The notes under the pieces: model-generated
Seen by the model: the letters and a program-made list of their open reading frames with translations, nothing else
What the model was told of the DNA's origin: nothing
Databases searched by the model: none
Shown: one piece after another, positions 9,145 to 19,252 of the stretch
Numbering within the stretch: position 1 is the first letter of the stretch
How the letters are laid out: each line of letters opens with the position of its first letter
Position numbers and translations under genes: made by a program
Assembly: GCA_010029825.1 (NCBI GenBank)
Contig: RGVZ01000003.1
Location: 67-64,066 of the forward strand
DNA: 64,000 nt
Direction of reading: 5' to 3'
Source: a bacterium
GTDB taxonomy: Bacteria; Bdellovibrionota_B; Oligoflexia; Oligoflexales; RGVZ01

Positions 9145-10120
9145 CAAGAACGTATACGAGAAAGAGGCCCGCAAGGGCCTTTTTTTCATGGTCATGGCCT
9201 CCGTGTTCTTCTCGTTCATGGGGGCCATGGTCAATTACGCGCAGATTCTGGAGCCCGAAGGGTCGCCCCTGGTCTCGAGTTTCGTGCGCCTGATCGTCAA
9301 CATCCTGGTGATCGCGGGGGTCGCGTGGCATTCGGGCGAGCTCTGGAAATTGCCGGGTGATCGCAGGCCGTCGCTGTGGGCACGCGGATTTTTCGGGGCG
9401 CTGTCCCTGATCTTCGTCATGTACGGAATCCACGCGATTGGCGTCGGCGAGACGTCGTTCCTTCATGCCAGCAACAGCATCATCATCGCGGCCCTGAGCC
9501 CCTTTGTGTTGCGGCAGGCCAATTCCCGTCTGGCGTGGGTCGCGATCGCCGGGGCAACCATCGGACTGTGGTTTTTGGCCCAGCCCCGGTTTGAGGACCA
9601 CAATCCGGCGGGTCGTATTGTCGCCCTGCTGTCCGGCGTCTGGGCTGCCATCGCCTACTTGATGATCGCGCGGGCCGGACGGAGCAACTCGTCCAATACG
9701 GTCATTTTCTACCTGTGCGGGGTTGGAATGATGTTGCACATGCTCATCTTCATGGGGAACGGCGCTGGAGTGCCGGTTCCCGGCAGCGCGACAGGCATCG
9801 TCTGGCCGCGAAGACCCGTCACGTACGGGTTTCTCGTCGGGGCCGGCGTGATGGCCAGCGTGGCCCAGTTTTTCCTGACGGCCGCCTATCAGAGCGCGCC
9901 GGCCGCGCTGAACGCCGCGGTCAGTTACCTGACTCCCGTTTTGAACCTCGGTTGGTCGGTTTTTGTCTTTGGCCGCCACCCGGACGGTCTGGCACTTGCA
10001 GGAGCCGCCATGGTCCTTGTTTGCGGCGTTGCCTTGCCTGTCATCGGGGTTTCAGCTAGAAAGAAGACAAAACAGGCTCACGCCGCGAAAGCACAAGATT
10101 CAGAGAGTCTCTCGCTCTAA
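9128..10120 (+). CDS. DMT/EamA family transporter
   Basis: About 10 hydrophobic helices in two EamA repeats; AQFFLTAAY motif. Confidence 0.85.
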   Translation: MSRKPDKNVYEKEARKGLFFMVMASVFFSFMGAMVNYAQILEPEGSPLVSSFVRLIVNILVIAGVAWHSGELWKLPGDRRPSLWARGFFGALSLIFVMYGIHAIGVGETSFLHASNSIIIAALSPFVLRQANSRLAWVAIAGATIGLWFLAQPRFEDHNPAGRIVALLSGVWAAIAYLMIARAGRSNSSNTVIFYLCGVGMMLHMLIFMGNGAGVPVPGSATGIVWPRRPVTYGFLVGAGVMASVAQFFLTAAYQSAPAALNAAVSYLTPVLNLGWSVFVFGRHPDGLALAGAAMVLVCGVALPVIGVSARKKTKQAHAAKAQDSESLSL

Positions 10121-10140
10121 TTTTTCCCAGGGAGTCACCT

Positions 10141-10761
10141 TTGCAACCAGTTGAGATCATGCCCATCCAAGATTCGTTGATCCTGCGCGCGCGCGGCTCG
10201 GAACTTCTCATCCTTGCCCAGCATGTCACCGAGCTGAAGCAGCGTAAGTCGCCACGCGATTTCTCCATGTACTTTACCTCCGAGGCCCTCGTGAACCGCC
10301 CGGCGCGGAAATTGTTCGAGTCATGGCTCCGGAAGGACAACAGCCTGTGGAAACGCTTGTTTGACCTGGTTCACGAAATGGAACTGGGCGCAACGGAGCA
10401 TGTCGATGAGAAGCCTGAAGTGAAGGCAAAACATGTGGAATTGAATTCCAAGGCGTCTGTGGTCGAGCCGGTCGCCAAGGCTGAAAAAGCCGGGAAGCCC
10501 GCGAAGGCGGCCAAGGCCGAGAAGCCTGAAAAAGCTGAAAAGCCCGACAAGGCTGAGAAAACTGACAAGGCCCAGAAGGCTTCCCCGAAAAAGGCCAGCT
10601 CCGATACGGGTACGAAAAATGCCTCCGCGACCAAGTCAGCCAAAGTTGAGAAGTCTGCCAAGCCGGCCGCGAAGCCTGCTGCCAAAACTTCCGCCGCGAA
10701 GCCTGCTGCCAAATCAAAGCCCGCGGCCAAGTCCACCAGCAAGTCGTCAACGAAGCGCTGA
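10141..10761 (+). CDS. Hypothetical protein with histone H1-like K/A/P-rich tail
   Basis: Globular ~80-aa N-terminus, then AEKP/KPAA repeats; RBS AGGGAG with TTG start. Confidence 0.75.
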   Translation: MQPVEIMPIQDSLILRARGSELLILAQHVTELKQRKSPRDFSMYFTSEALVNRPARKLFESWLRKDNSLWKRLFDLVHEMELGATEHVDEKPEVKAKHVELNSKASVVEPVAKAEKAGKPAKAAKAEKPEKAEKPDKAEKTDKAQKASPKKASSDTGTKNASATKSAKVEKSAKPAAKPAAKTSAAKPAAKSKPAAKSTSKSSTKR

Positions 10762-11042
10762 TGATCCGCAAGTATCTCGTCATCGGCAACCGGATCTCGC
10801 TCGCCTCGACGAGGCGGGACTCAATCCAGGCCACCGGGCCTCTTATTGAGCTCCTGATGCCGATCGACGTGTACTGGCAGTTGGAGGAAGAGTTCAAGAA
10901 GTACGACATGATGGCGTCCGAGGGGGATGACACCATGGTGCTCGCCGAACTCAACAAGAAGATCCTCTCGCGGGTCATCCCTTACGCCGTGAATGAGAAA
11001 GAGCGAATCTGGCTCCATAAGAACGTGGACAACAAGGGATGA
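10761..11042 (+). CDS. Hypothetical protein
   Basis: Translationally coupled on both sides (TGATG and ATGA overlaps). Confidence 0.7.
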   Translation: MIRKYLVIGNRISLASTRRDSIQATGPLIELLMPIDVYWQLEEEFKKYDMMASEGDDTMVLAELNKKILSRVIPYAVNEKERIWLHKNVDNKG

Positions 11043-11671
11043 ATCGCGCGGTTTTCCTTGACCGTGACGGAATCCTCAACGTCGACCGCGGATACACCTG
11101 GCGCCTTGCCGACCTTGTCGTTCCAGGCGGTGTTCCAGAGTCCCTTTCTCTCTTGAAAAAACTTGGTTTAAAGCTCGTTGTCGTGACGAACCAGAGTGGC
11201 GTCGCCCGGGGCAAGTTCGCGATGTCGGATGTCGCGGCATTCAACGCGGCGCTGGAGTCCGAGGTTGTCCGGCGCGGTGGGCCGCGATTCGACATGATCA
11301 TGACATGTCCTCATCATCCCGATGGCAGTGTGGCTCCCTATAACGTGAGTTGCGAGTGCCGCAAGCCGGGCGTGAAACTCCTCAGGGATGCCGCCGCGAC
11401 CCTCGACATCGATTGTTCCAGAAGTTTCATGATCGGGGACAAGTGGAGTGACGTTCTGTGCGGGTTTCGTGCCGACGCCCGGCCCATCCTGGTTCAGGAG
11501 GCCGCGAGCCTTTCCTATGACTTGCCAGAGGGAGTTCGTATCACCAGACCGGTGGCCGGGGGGGAGGGCTCACGTTCCGGCGGGATCGCGACCTCTGTCG
11601 AAACCGGCGACGTCGAGATCTATTCGTCCTTGTCGGACGCGGTGTCTCGCGTGGCTGGCCTTGAATCCTGA
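11039..11671 (+). CDS. gmhB: D-glycero-D-manno-heptose 1,7-bisphosphate phosphatase (HAD)
   Basis: FLDRDGILN, VTNQSGVARG, CPHHP...CECRKP and IGDKWSD. Confidence 0.9.
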   Translation: MNRAVFLDRDGILNVDRGYTWRLADLVVPGGVPESLSLLKKLGLKLVVVTNQSGVARGKFAMSDVAAFNAALESEVVRRGGPRFDMIMTCPHHPDGSVAPYNVSCECRKPGVKLLRDAAATLDIDCSRSFMIGDKWSDVLCGFRADARPILVQEAASLSYDLPEGVRITRPVAGGEGSRSGGIATSVETGDVEIYSSLSDAVSRVAGLES

Positions 11672-11898
11672 AGGTCGTGTTTTTTCTTGAGCAGCATCCT
11701 GATGCGCGGCCCACACCGTTCCCCGTGACAGCCGCCAGAGCCAGTCCCGGCCATGCGATTGACGTCCTCGACCGTGTCGCAGGCCTTGATGGCAGGCAGG
11801 ACTTTGCCGAGCGGGATGCCTTTGCAGATGCAAACAACCGTCGCCAGTCGCTTGATGCGTTCTTCTTTTTCTTCTTTCGTCAGCTCTTTGTTGGTCAC
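11620..11898 (-). CDS. BFD-like [2Fe-2S] protein
   Basis: VCICKG...GTGSGGCHGERC; GTG start overlaps the upstream stop. Confidence 0.8.
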   Translation of the reverse strand: MTNKELTKEEKEERIKRLATVVCICKGIPLGKVLPAIKACDTVEDVNRMAGTGSGGCHGERCGPRIRMLLKKKHDLQDSRPATRDTASDKDE

Positions 11899-12632
11899 TG
11901 ATAGAGCTCTCCAAGCCATCGAAGCCACCGTGGGTCCAAATTGCCGAACACGGCAGGCGTCGCGTTGCACGCGGCATGGAACGCGACGGGAACCCAGATA
12001 CTCCGGAATTCAAGGTAAAGCCAGTCCGCGATCAGCGCAAGGAGCAGCGGGCCGGGCGGAACCCCGCCCGGATTTCCGGCGAGGATGCCGGCCAGGGTCG
12101 GGCCGGTGTGCACCCACGCGAACAGCACAGCCGCGAAATAACTGCCGGCGAGGTTCCCGCAGTCCCGGCGCAGCCTTGGCGAAACAAGGCCGCGATAGAC
12201 AAGTTCCTCGAGGATCGGCGCCAGCATCACGGTTGCCAGCCACCAAAAGGCGGGTGGCCGCGCCAACTCAGGATCGCGTGCGCCGTGGAGCGAAACGGGA
12301 ATCCAGATGGACGTCGCGGCCGCGGCCGTGGCGGCGAGGGCCAGCCATCCCGGTCCAACGATCATGATCGCCGTCGTGACCGACTTGCGGTTGCCACCGG
12401 GGCCGACGAAGCTCATTACGGGTTGGCGCACCAAGATCCACGCGAGGGCGATGATGAGCGTGTGCACGACAAGTGGCGCGACGACTGGCGCGATGATGGT
12501 CGCGTTCTCAGCGGCGAAGAAATCAACGGGACGCAGCAGTCGCGTCACGGCCAGGAAACTTTCCCCAAGCAAAACGGCCACCACGATCACTTTCGTGGCG
12601 GCCGCCAGGTAACTCATGAATTCATCGCGCAT
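11895..12632 (-). CDS. CPBP (Abi/CAAX) intramembrane glutamic protease
   Basis: APILEELVYRG, FAWVH and HAACN motifs. Confidence 0.9.
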   Translation of the reverse strand: MRDEFMSYLAAATKVIVVAVLLGESFLAVTRLLRPVDFFAAENATIIAPVVAPLVVHTLIIALAWILVRQPVMSFVGPGGNRKSVTTAIMIVGPGWLALAATAAAATSIWIPVSLHGARDPELARPPAFWWLATVMLAPILEELVYRGLVSPRLRRDCGNLAGSYFAAVLFAWVHTGPTLAGILAGNPGGVPPGPLLLALIADWLYLEFRSIWVPVAFHAACNATPAVFGNLDPRWLRWLGELYQ

Positions 12633-12644
12633 TGCAGGCCGGGG

Positions 12645-13424
12645 CTACGCGCTTGCGCTTGCGTTCAGTTGTTTCAACAAGCGCTCGAGACCCTTTTTGC
12701 CCTGATCGCTCATCTTTTCGAACGCGATTCCCACTTTCTTTCCGTCATTTGTCCGCCATACGACGTGGCTCTTGAGCTGGGCCATCTCGGCGCCGGCTTT
12801 CTCGTTCTTCGGGATCGGGAGCTCGATCGCGACCTCTTCGCCAACCTTCAACTTCGCGGCGGCAGACAACTGGATGCACGCGCCGCCGATGCTGACATTG
12901 ATCAGCTGTCCGGGAAATTTCGGTGTGCGTTTTCCGCGTCCCGCGCTCTTGCCCAGGAGGCGTGTCTTCGGATTGAAGTCAAAGCGTCGCTGGACGCGGA
13001 ACTTGCCGACCAGGAAGCGATCGATTTTCTCGCCGAGCTGCTCCGAGCGGACGGGCTTGCGTACCCACATCCCGGCATCGTCATACGCGAACAGCTCGTC
13101 GCCAACGGCCTTCTTCACGATGTCATCGGGGAAAGCCGTAAGCAGGACCGGTCCGTGGAAGACCTTGCGGATCGCGTGGATCAGGGTGACCCCGTCCGTG
13201 TCGGGCAGGTCGAAGTCAACGACGCAGAGGTCTGGAACAACCGGATTGACCTTTGAACCTTCCGCGTTTTCGCCGCCCTCGAGGATTTCAAGCGCTTGCT
13301 TGCCGTTGGCCGCGACGACCACCGTGATTCCCGGGATCTTGTCCTTGAATACCTCGGAGCTCATGACCATGCTTGGCTTGCTCGGGTCGACAATCAGCAC
13401 CGTACTCATGCGCGCATCTCCCAT
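12645..13424 (-). CDS. Response regulator, REC plus PilZ domain
   Basis: VLIVD, VVDFDLPD.DG, LLTAF, RKP; PilZ RVQRRF and NVSIGG. Confidence 0.85.
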   Translation of the reverse strand: MGDARMSTVLIVDPSKPSMVMSSEVFKDKIPGITVVVAANGKQALEILEGGENAEGSKVNPVVPDLCVVDFDLPDTDGVTLIHAIRKVFHGPVLLTAFPDDIVKKAVGDELFAYDDAGMWVRKPVRSEQLGEKIDRFLVGKFRVQRRFDFNPKTRLLGKSAGRGKRTPKFPGQLINVSIGGACIQLSAAAKLKVGEEVAIELPIPKNEKAGAEMAQLKSHVVWRTNDGKKVGIAFEKMSDQGKKGLERLLKQLNASASA

Positions 13425-13682
13425 GTCTCGGCATTTCTGGTCTTGGTAATCCGGGAAATTCCCGGGCCAAGCGAAGTGATTTCAACTGATTCAACGTGAG
13501 CGACAACGCTGAAGAACGGCGCTTTCGCAGCGTGAAACCCCTCTCGATCCATTATCCCAGCTTTCTTTCGTCAAGAGAATCCGCCTGACGCCGATCCACA
13601 GGTCGTGCCGCGGGTTCGCGGCTCGCGAGCCCGGTTCAACCCTTTGGTTTTGCGGCAAATGCGGGAATATTGTTCAAAAACA

Positions 13683-14945
13683 GTGAGTGTCAGAAAATTT
13701 CGCGGTCCCGCGATGATGGTAGTTTTCTGCGCGGTTTTCGTGATGCTTTCCTCGCGCGCGGATGCCCGCGGGTTCACGACCCGGTACGAATCGATGCGTG
13801 CGTCACTGACATTACCAGCGCATGCGCATGAAATTCAGGTGGCGCCTGCCCTCGAGCAAATCGAGCGCAGGGTCCAGGCGGCCGAGTCAGATTCGCGCGT
13901 CGAACCGCTTTATCTTGCCGTGCCTGTCGACGATGATGAGCGCGCCGCGATGGCCCTGAAACTCGCAAAGCCCAAGAAGTATCGCGCGCTGATGGCCGCG
14001 CTGGACGCTGAATTGGCGAAATCAACCGCCAGACCTGTGGATCCCCATGTGGATCCCCATGAAGAGGCCGAAGTGACCACCGGCAGTGGCGACCGGGTGG
14101 CGCAAGCGGGTCAAGAACCACAGGGCGCCCACGGTAACCAGAACAACATGGTCAACCCGGTGGCCGCGGATGATCTGAACAAGACTCGAAAAATTCGTGT
14201 TCATCCTGACCTTTTCCGCTTGATGTCAGCCGCCGCGGTCACGACCAGGATGCAGCGCACCCATGTGCGGGTATCGATTGATTCCGCCCGGTTGCTGGAC
14301 AAACCGGACGCGCGCGGGGAACTGCTCGCGCAGCTGGCACCTTTCATGGAGGCCGATGAGCTGAGAAAGGTCGCCGGGAAGTTGCGCATTGCGCAGCAAC
14401 TGGATGTGGATGCCGATTTGCTGCCGGCGGGCCCGCGCAGGGCGGTCAAGTCGTTCGAGATCTTCCGGGGACCGAATTGCTTCATGACGGCTCTGGCGTT
14501 CCAGTACCCGAAAATGGTGCGCAGCCAGCTGGTCAACATCAAGACCGAGCGGGACCATCATGAGGTGATGATCAACAACGACGAGCTGTGGCGGGTTCTG
14601 CAAAGCTCGTTTTACGAAGTGGACCCCGCGCGTTCGCCCTTGAAATTCGGCGACATGATTGTCTTTTTCCAGTTACCGGCCAACCTGAAGTCCCCGACGG
14701 ACGCGGATATTTCCTATCGCTGGGTCAAGCACGCCACTACCTATCTGTTCAACGATTTCGCTTATTCAAAAGGCTCGAAAAGCCCAAATTCTCCTTATCT
14801 TGTCGGGACGTTACGGTCAGAGTGGAGGGCCTGGGAGAAACACGTGGCGAGCGGGGGTGGAAACCTCGGGGTAAAAGTCTTCCGTAAACCCCTCAAGAGT
14901 GCTACAAGCCGACCTCCAAAGGCGCTGGACGACTGGTTGTACTGA
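13683..14945 (+). CDS. Secreted hypothetical protein with C-terminal NlpC/P60-like (papain-fold) Cys-His motif
   Basis: Signal peptide ending in ADA; GPNCF, GDMIVF and HATTYL; start uncertain (13605-13713). Confidence 0.6.
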   Translation: MSVRKFRGPAMMVVFCAVFVMLSSRADARGFTTRYESMRASLTLPAHAHEIQVAPALEQIERRVQAAESDSRVEPLYLAVPVDDDERAAMALKLAKPKKYRALMAALDAELAKSTARPVDPHVDPHEEAEVTTGSGDRVAQAGQEPQGAHGNQNNMVNPVAADDLNKTRKIRVHPDLFRLMSAAAVTTRMQRTHVRVSIDSARLLDKPDARGELLAQLAPFMEADELRKVAGKLRIAQQLDVDADLLPAGPRRAVKSFEIFRGPNCFMTALAFQYPKMVRSQLVNIKTERDHHEVMINNDELWRVLQSSFYEVDPARSPLKFGDMIVFFQLPANLKSPTDADISYRWVKHATTYLFNDFAYSKGSKSPNSPYLVGTLRSEWRAWEKHVASGGGNLGVKVFRKPLKSATSRPPKALDDWLY

Positions 14946-14996
14946 CGATTTGCCGGTCCGGCGTGACTCGATTCCCTCGTATCCAAGAGATTCGCA

Positions 14997-16262
14997 ATGT
15001 CCCCGATCAAGACTCAAATCCAGAGGGGCGCCAGAGCGCGCCGTGCCCCCGCACCCCAGGCGGATCGCGGTTGCCGGGTCGAGGGTGGTGGATGCGGATC
15101 CTGCGTTCTTGTGAACTCCTCTTACGAACCATCGCTGCAGGCCAAGTTCACCAAGGGTCTCAAACACCTCGAGGCCGCGAACCTGCTCGGCACGGCCCAG
15201 ATCCTTGGCGTCAACGAAGCGCCGCGGCGCCTCGGTTACCGGACGCTGGTGAAACTGGCGGTCCGCCCCAAGGCCTCCGTCGGCCGGGACGCGTCGATGG
15301 ACCGTTTCGCGATCGGCCTTTTTGAGCCCGGCAGCCACGTGGTCATGGACCAGATCGAACACTGCCCGATCCATGCTCCGGCCCTGCGCTGGATGTTGCG
15401 CGACCTGCGCCGCGCCCTCAACGAGTCGCCGGTGCAGCCCTGGAACGAGACGACCGGCCAGGGAGATTTGCGGTATCTCGTGGCGCGGTCTTCGCACCTG
15501 ACCAACGAGATCATGTTGACGTTTGTGGTGCGCGATACCAGCCAGAAGGCCCATCTCCAGAAAATCGTCAGCCGCCTGAAACGTGAGGGGCACAAGGTCG
15601 CCTCCACCCAAATGAATATCAACGCCGAATCCGGAAACGCGATCTTCGGCGAGGAAACGATCCGTCTCACGGGCAACGACCGTCTGCGCGAACGCCTGTG
15701 CGACTTGGGATTTGAGGTCGGTCCGACCGCCTTTTTCCAGGTGAACCCATGGCAGGCCGCCATGATGTATCGCCGTGTTGAGCAGCTCGCCGGACTCGCG
15801 TCTCCGGGCGGAGTGGCCTGGGACCTTTACTGCGGGATCGGCCAGATGTCGTTGATGATGGCGCGGCAGGGTTTCCGCGTGTTCGGGGTCGAGGAGAACG
15901 AAGCCGCTGTCGCCGACGCTGCCCTGAACGCCAAGCGCAACGATTTGTCGGAGCGGACCACGTTTCTCGCGGCTCGCGTTGAGGACTCGGAGACGGCCTT
16001 CCCGGCATGGGCGCAGAAGCCCGAGATCATCGTCGTCAATCCATCCCGGCGCGGCTTGCACGAAGGCGCGAGGGCCCATCTGGCCCACGTCCTGAGGCAG
16101 AATCCCGACGCCAGGTTCATTTATGTCTCTTGCGAAGTCGAGACCCTGGCGCGCGACCTGGCCGCCCTTCGCCATGCCGGTTTCCGGCTGAGACAAGTTG
16201 AAGCTTTCGACATGTTCGCCCATACTGACAATCTTGAATGGTTGGCGGTGATGACCTCGTAA
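14997..16262 (+). CDS. rlmD: 23S rRNA (uracil-1939-C5)-methyltransferase
   Basis: C....GCGSC, FFQVN, DLYCGIG, YVSC..ETLARD and DMFAHT. Confidence 0.9.
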   Translation: MSPIKTQIQRGARARRAPAPQADRGCRVEGGGCGSCVLVNSSYEPSLQAKFTKGLKHLEAANLLGTAQILGVNEAPRRLGYRTLVKLAVRPKASVGRDASMDRFAIGLFEPGSHVVMDQIEHCPIHAPALRWMLRDLRRALNESPVQPWNETTGQGDLRYLVARSSHLTNEIMLTFVVRDTSQKAHLQKIVSRLKREGHKVASTQMNINAESGNAIFGEETIRLTGNDRLRERLCDLGFEVGPTAFFQVNPWQAAMMYRRVEQLAGLASPGGVAWDLYCGIGQMSLMMARQGFRVFGVEENEAAVADAALNAKRNDLSERTTFLAARVEDSETAFPAWAQKPEIIVVNPSRRGLHEGARAHLAHVLRQNPDARFIYVSCEVETLARDLAALRHAGFRLRQVEAFDMFAHTDNLEWLAVMTS

Positions 16263-16274
16263 CGGAGGCTGTGC

Positions 16275-17141
16275 GTGAAAGACAAGGGCGACAAGGCAAA
16301 CCTTCCCGGGACATTGATCGAGCCTTCGGGCGACGCGTTGACCTACGACCGTTACCTCCGGGTGGATGATTTGCTGTCCCTGCAAGTTCCGCAATCGGCA
16401 CCCGCGGAACACGATGAGATGCTTTTCATCATCATCCACCAGGTCTACGAACTCTGGTTCAAGCAAATCCTGCACGAACTGGACAAGTGCGAGCGCGCGC
16501 TCAACGCGGACTCGTTGACGGAATTCTTGCGGACGCTGAAGCGCGTCCACGCCATCCAGAAGATCCTTGTCGACCAGGTTTCGGTCCTCGAGACCATGAC
16601 TCCGACGGAGTTCAACCGTTTTCGCAACAGGCTGAATCCGGCCAGCGGGTTCCAGTCACACCAGTTTCGCATCGTCGAGTTCCGCATCGGGCTCAAGGAC
16701 CCCGGATATCTGAAATTTTTCCGCGCCACGCCGGAGCACATGAACCAGTTGCGCGCGGCGATGGAGCGTCCATCCATGTACGACTTGTTCCTTCGGCTGT
16801 TGGCGCGCAAGGGATACCCGGTACCAAAACGCGTGCTGGACCGGGACCCGGCCGCCGCGTGGGAACCGGATGAGCAAGTCAAAGACGTTTTGTTGTCGAT
16901 TTACCGTGACCCTGGAGCGCACATCGACATGTACAACGCGGTCGAGGCCCTCATGGACCTTGATGAGGCGTTCATGTTGTGGCGATACCGCCATGTCGCG
17001 ATGGTGGAGCGCATGATCGGATTCAAGCGCGGCACTGGTGGATCGAGCGGCGTCGAGTACCTGACCCGGACCTTGTCCAAGAGATTCTTTCCTGAATTGT
17101 GGCAGCTGAGGAGTGACCTTGGCTCGTCCCAGTGGGGGTAA
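16275..17141 (+). CDS. kynA: Tryptophan 2,3-dioxygenase
   Basis: HDEMLFIIIHQVYELWFKQ, ASGFQS and GTGGSSG. Confidence 0.95.
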   Translation: MKDKGDKANLPGTLIEPSGDALTYDRYLRVDDLLSLQVPQSAPAEHDEMLFIIIHQVYELWFKQILHELDKCERALNADSLTEFLRTLKRVHAIQKILVDQVSVLETMTPTEFNRFRNRLNPASGFQSHQFRIVEFRIGLKDPGYLKFFRATPEHMNQLRAAMERPSMYDLFLRLLARKGYPVPKRVLDRDPAAAWEPDEQVKDVLLSIYRDPGAHIDMYNAVEALMDLDEAFMLWRYRHVAMVERMIGFKRGTGGSSGVEYLTRTLSKRFFPELWQLRSDLGSSQWG

Positions 17142-17174
17142 AACCAATGGGAATGAAACCAATGGGGGTGCTAC

Positions 17175-18404
17175 TTGTCCAGCAATCCATTCGTCAATGA
17201 TGTCACCGCGGGATTGAAGCCCTACCCGATGGAGGAGCTCAGCCGCATCAAGGCCGGGCTCGTGAAAGAAAGCAAGCCGGTCTACGACTTCGGCACGGGT
17301 GATCCGCGTATTCCGACCTGGTCCCCGGTGCGAGAGGCGCTGGTGAAGTCCCTGCCGGAAATCAGCCAGTACCCGAGCGTGAAGGGAATTGAGAAACTGG
17401 CCGTTGCCCACGCCGGTTACTTGAAGCGCAGGTTCAACCTGGCGACGGGAAATGACCTGGCCGTCATCCCAAGCCAGGGCAGTAAAGAGGCTATCTTCAA
17501 CATTGCCCTGTGTCTCGTCGGACGGGCTGGCGGCAAGAAACACATGATTTATCCGGATCCTGGTTATCCGGTTTACCGGAGTTCGACCCTTTATGCCGGC
17601 GGCATCCCGTGGCCCGTGCGTGTCAGTGAGTCAAGTGGCTGGTTGCTGGAACCGTGGGAACTTCCGGATCACGTACAACAGAACGCCGCCGCGATCTGGA
17701 TCAATCACCCCCACAATCCGACCGGCGCGACCGCGCCACTCGATTACTGGAAACGGGTGATTGATTGGTGCCACAAGACGGACACGATCCTGCTTTCAGA
17801 CGATTGCTATGTGGACATTTATGACACGGCTCTCGACGGACAACTGGCCGGAAAATTCCCGGGTGGGGCATTTCCGCCGGTCGAGACCGACCCGCGGCCA
17901 TTGAACCCTCTGCAGCTGACGACGGATCGCGTCCTGTCATTCATGAGCCTTTCCAAGCGCTCAGGCTTGACCGGGTATCGCGCGGGCATGGTTGCGGGTG
18001 ACCCGCGGATCATCAAGCCGTTCCTGAACGCGCGCGCGAATTTCGGCGTCGGATCACCTGACTTCATCCAGCATGCCGCCGCAGTCGCGTGGGCGGACGA
18101 CGAGCATGTCGTCGAGCGTCGCAGGATTTTTTCACGCCGCCTCGCGACTTTCGGTCCGTTGCTGAAAGAACTGGGCATGATCAAGGCGATCCCGTCGACG
18201 ACGTTCTACCTGTGGGCGAAGATCCCGCCAAGGTTTGGCGACGATGACGTCAAGTTTGTCCTCGATCTCGCGCGGATCGGCGTGATCGCGTCGCCCTCGC
18301 AATGGCTGAGCGAGGGGATCCGGGGTTACGTGCGGTTCGCTCTGGTTCCCGAGGACGCGCCCATGCAACAAGCCATGAATCTTTTGCGCGAGTATCTGAA
18401 ATGA
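17175..18404 (+). CDS. dapC: Class I/II PLP aminotransferase, probable N-succinyldiaminopimelate transaminase
   Basis: GSKEAIF, NHPHNPTG, SDDCY and SLSKRSGLTGYR; coupled to dapD. Confidence 0.8.
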   Translation: MSSNPFVNDVTAGLKPYPMEELSRIKAGLVKESKPVYDFGTGDPRIPTWSPVREALVKSLPEISQYPSVKGIEKLAVAHAGYLKRRFNLATGNDLAVIPSQGSKEAIFNIALCLVGRAGGKKHMIYPDPGYPVYRSSTLYAGGIPWPVRVSESSGWLLEPWELPDHVQQNAAAIWINHPHNPTGATAPLDYWKRVIDWCHKTDTILLSDDCYVDIYDTALDGQLAGKFPGGAFPPVETDPRPLNPLQLTTDRVLSFMSLSKRSGLTGYRAGMVAGDPRIIKPFLNARANFGVGSPDFIQHAAAVAWADDEHVVERRRIFSRRLATFGPLLKELGMIKAIPSTTFYLWAKIPPRFGDDDVKFVLDLARIGVIASPSQWLSEGIRGYVRFALVPEDAPMQQAMNLLREYLK

Positions 18405-19252
18405 GCACAACTGCGAACGCGATCAACGAATTGCGCGCCGCCATCGAGGAAGGCGCGTCCAATCCACCGCCTCCGGGCAGTGACGCGGAGCTGCGCCTGC
18501 GGGCCAGTGTGGAATCCGTCATGGGTATGCTGGATCGCGGCGAGATCCGAGTTGCAACCCAGGACGCGCCTGATGGCCAGTGGACGACCCACGCCTGGAT
18601 CAAGCGGGCCATACTTATGTACTTCAAGTACGAGCCGATGGCCGTCATGGAAGTCGGGCCGTTTGTCTATCACGACAAGATTCCCCTGAAGACCAACTAT
18701 AAGGACTTGAAGGTGCGCGTCGTGCCGCCGGCCGTCGCCCGTTACGGTTCATTCATGGAACCCGGGGTGATCCTGATGCCGTCGTATGTAAATATCGGCG
18801 CATGGGTTGGATCAGGGACGATGGTCGACACCTGGGCGACAGTCGGTTCGTGTGCCCAGATCGGCGCGAATGTGCACTTGTCCGGGGGCGTGGGTATCGG
18901 CGGTGTCCTTGAACCGCCATCCGCCAATCCCGTCATTGTCGAGGACGGCGCGTTTCTCGGGTCGCGCTGCATTGCCGTCGAAGGTGTCCGGATCGGGCGC
19001 GAGGCTGTGCTGGCAGCGAACACCACGTTGACTGCGTCCACCCCGATCATTGACACGCGCAAACCAGGAATGCCCGCGATCAAGGGGCACGTGCCACCGC
19101 GTTGCGTGGTTGTTCCCGGCACCGTGGAAAAAGAAATTCCCGGCGGCAAGATCTATACGTCATGCGCCTACATCATTGGCGAGAGAAAACCCTCGACAGA
19201 TCTCAAAACGTCGCTGAATGACACATTGCGGGAGTTTTCCCTGTCAGTATGA
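18401..19252 (+). CDS. dapD: Tetrahydrodipicolinate N-succinyltransferase
   Basis: MPSYVNIGAWV..GTMVDTWATVGSCAQIG.NVHLSGGVGIGGVLEP. Confidence 0.95.
   Translation: MSTTANAINELRAAIEEGASNPPPPGSDAELRLRASVESVMGMLDRGEIRVATQDAPDGQWTTHAWIKRAILMYFKYEPMAVMEVGPFVYHDKIPLKTNYKDLKVRVVPPAVARYGSFMEPGVILMPSYVNIGAWVGSGTMVDTWATVGSCAQIGANVHLSGGVGIGGVLEPPSANPVIVEDGAFLGSRCIAVEGVRIGREAVLAANTTLTASTPIIDTRKPGMPAIKGHVPPRCVVVPGTVEKEIPGGKIYTSCAYIIGERKPSTDLKTSLNDTLREFSLSV

Noticed and set aside
14817-16550. Long antisense ORFs (577 aa here; also 11976..13256, 53122..54429, 55098..56399, 26225..27301)
   Set aside because: Shadows of real genes caused by GC-rich codon bias; no recognisable motifs
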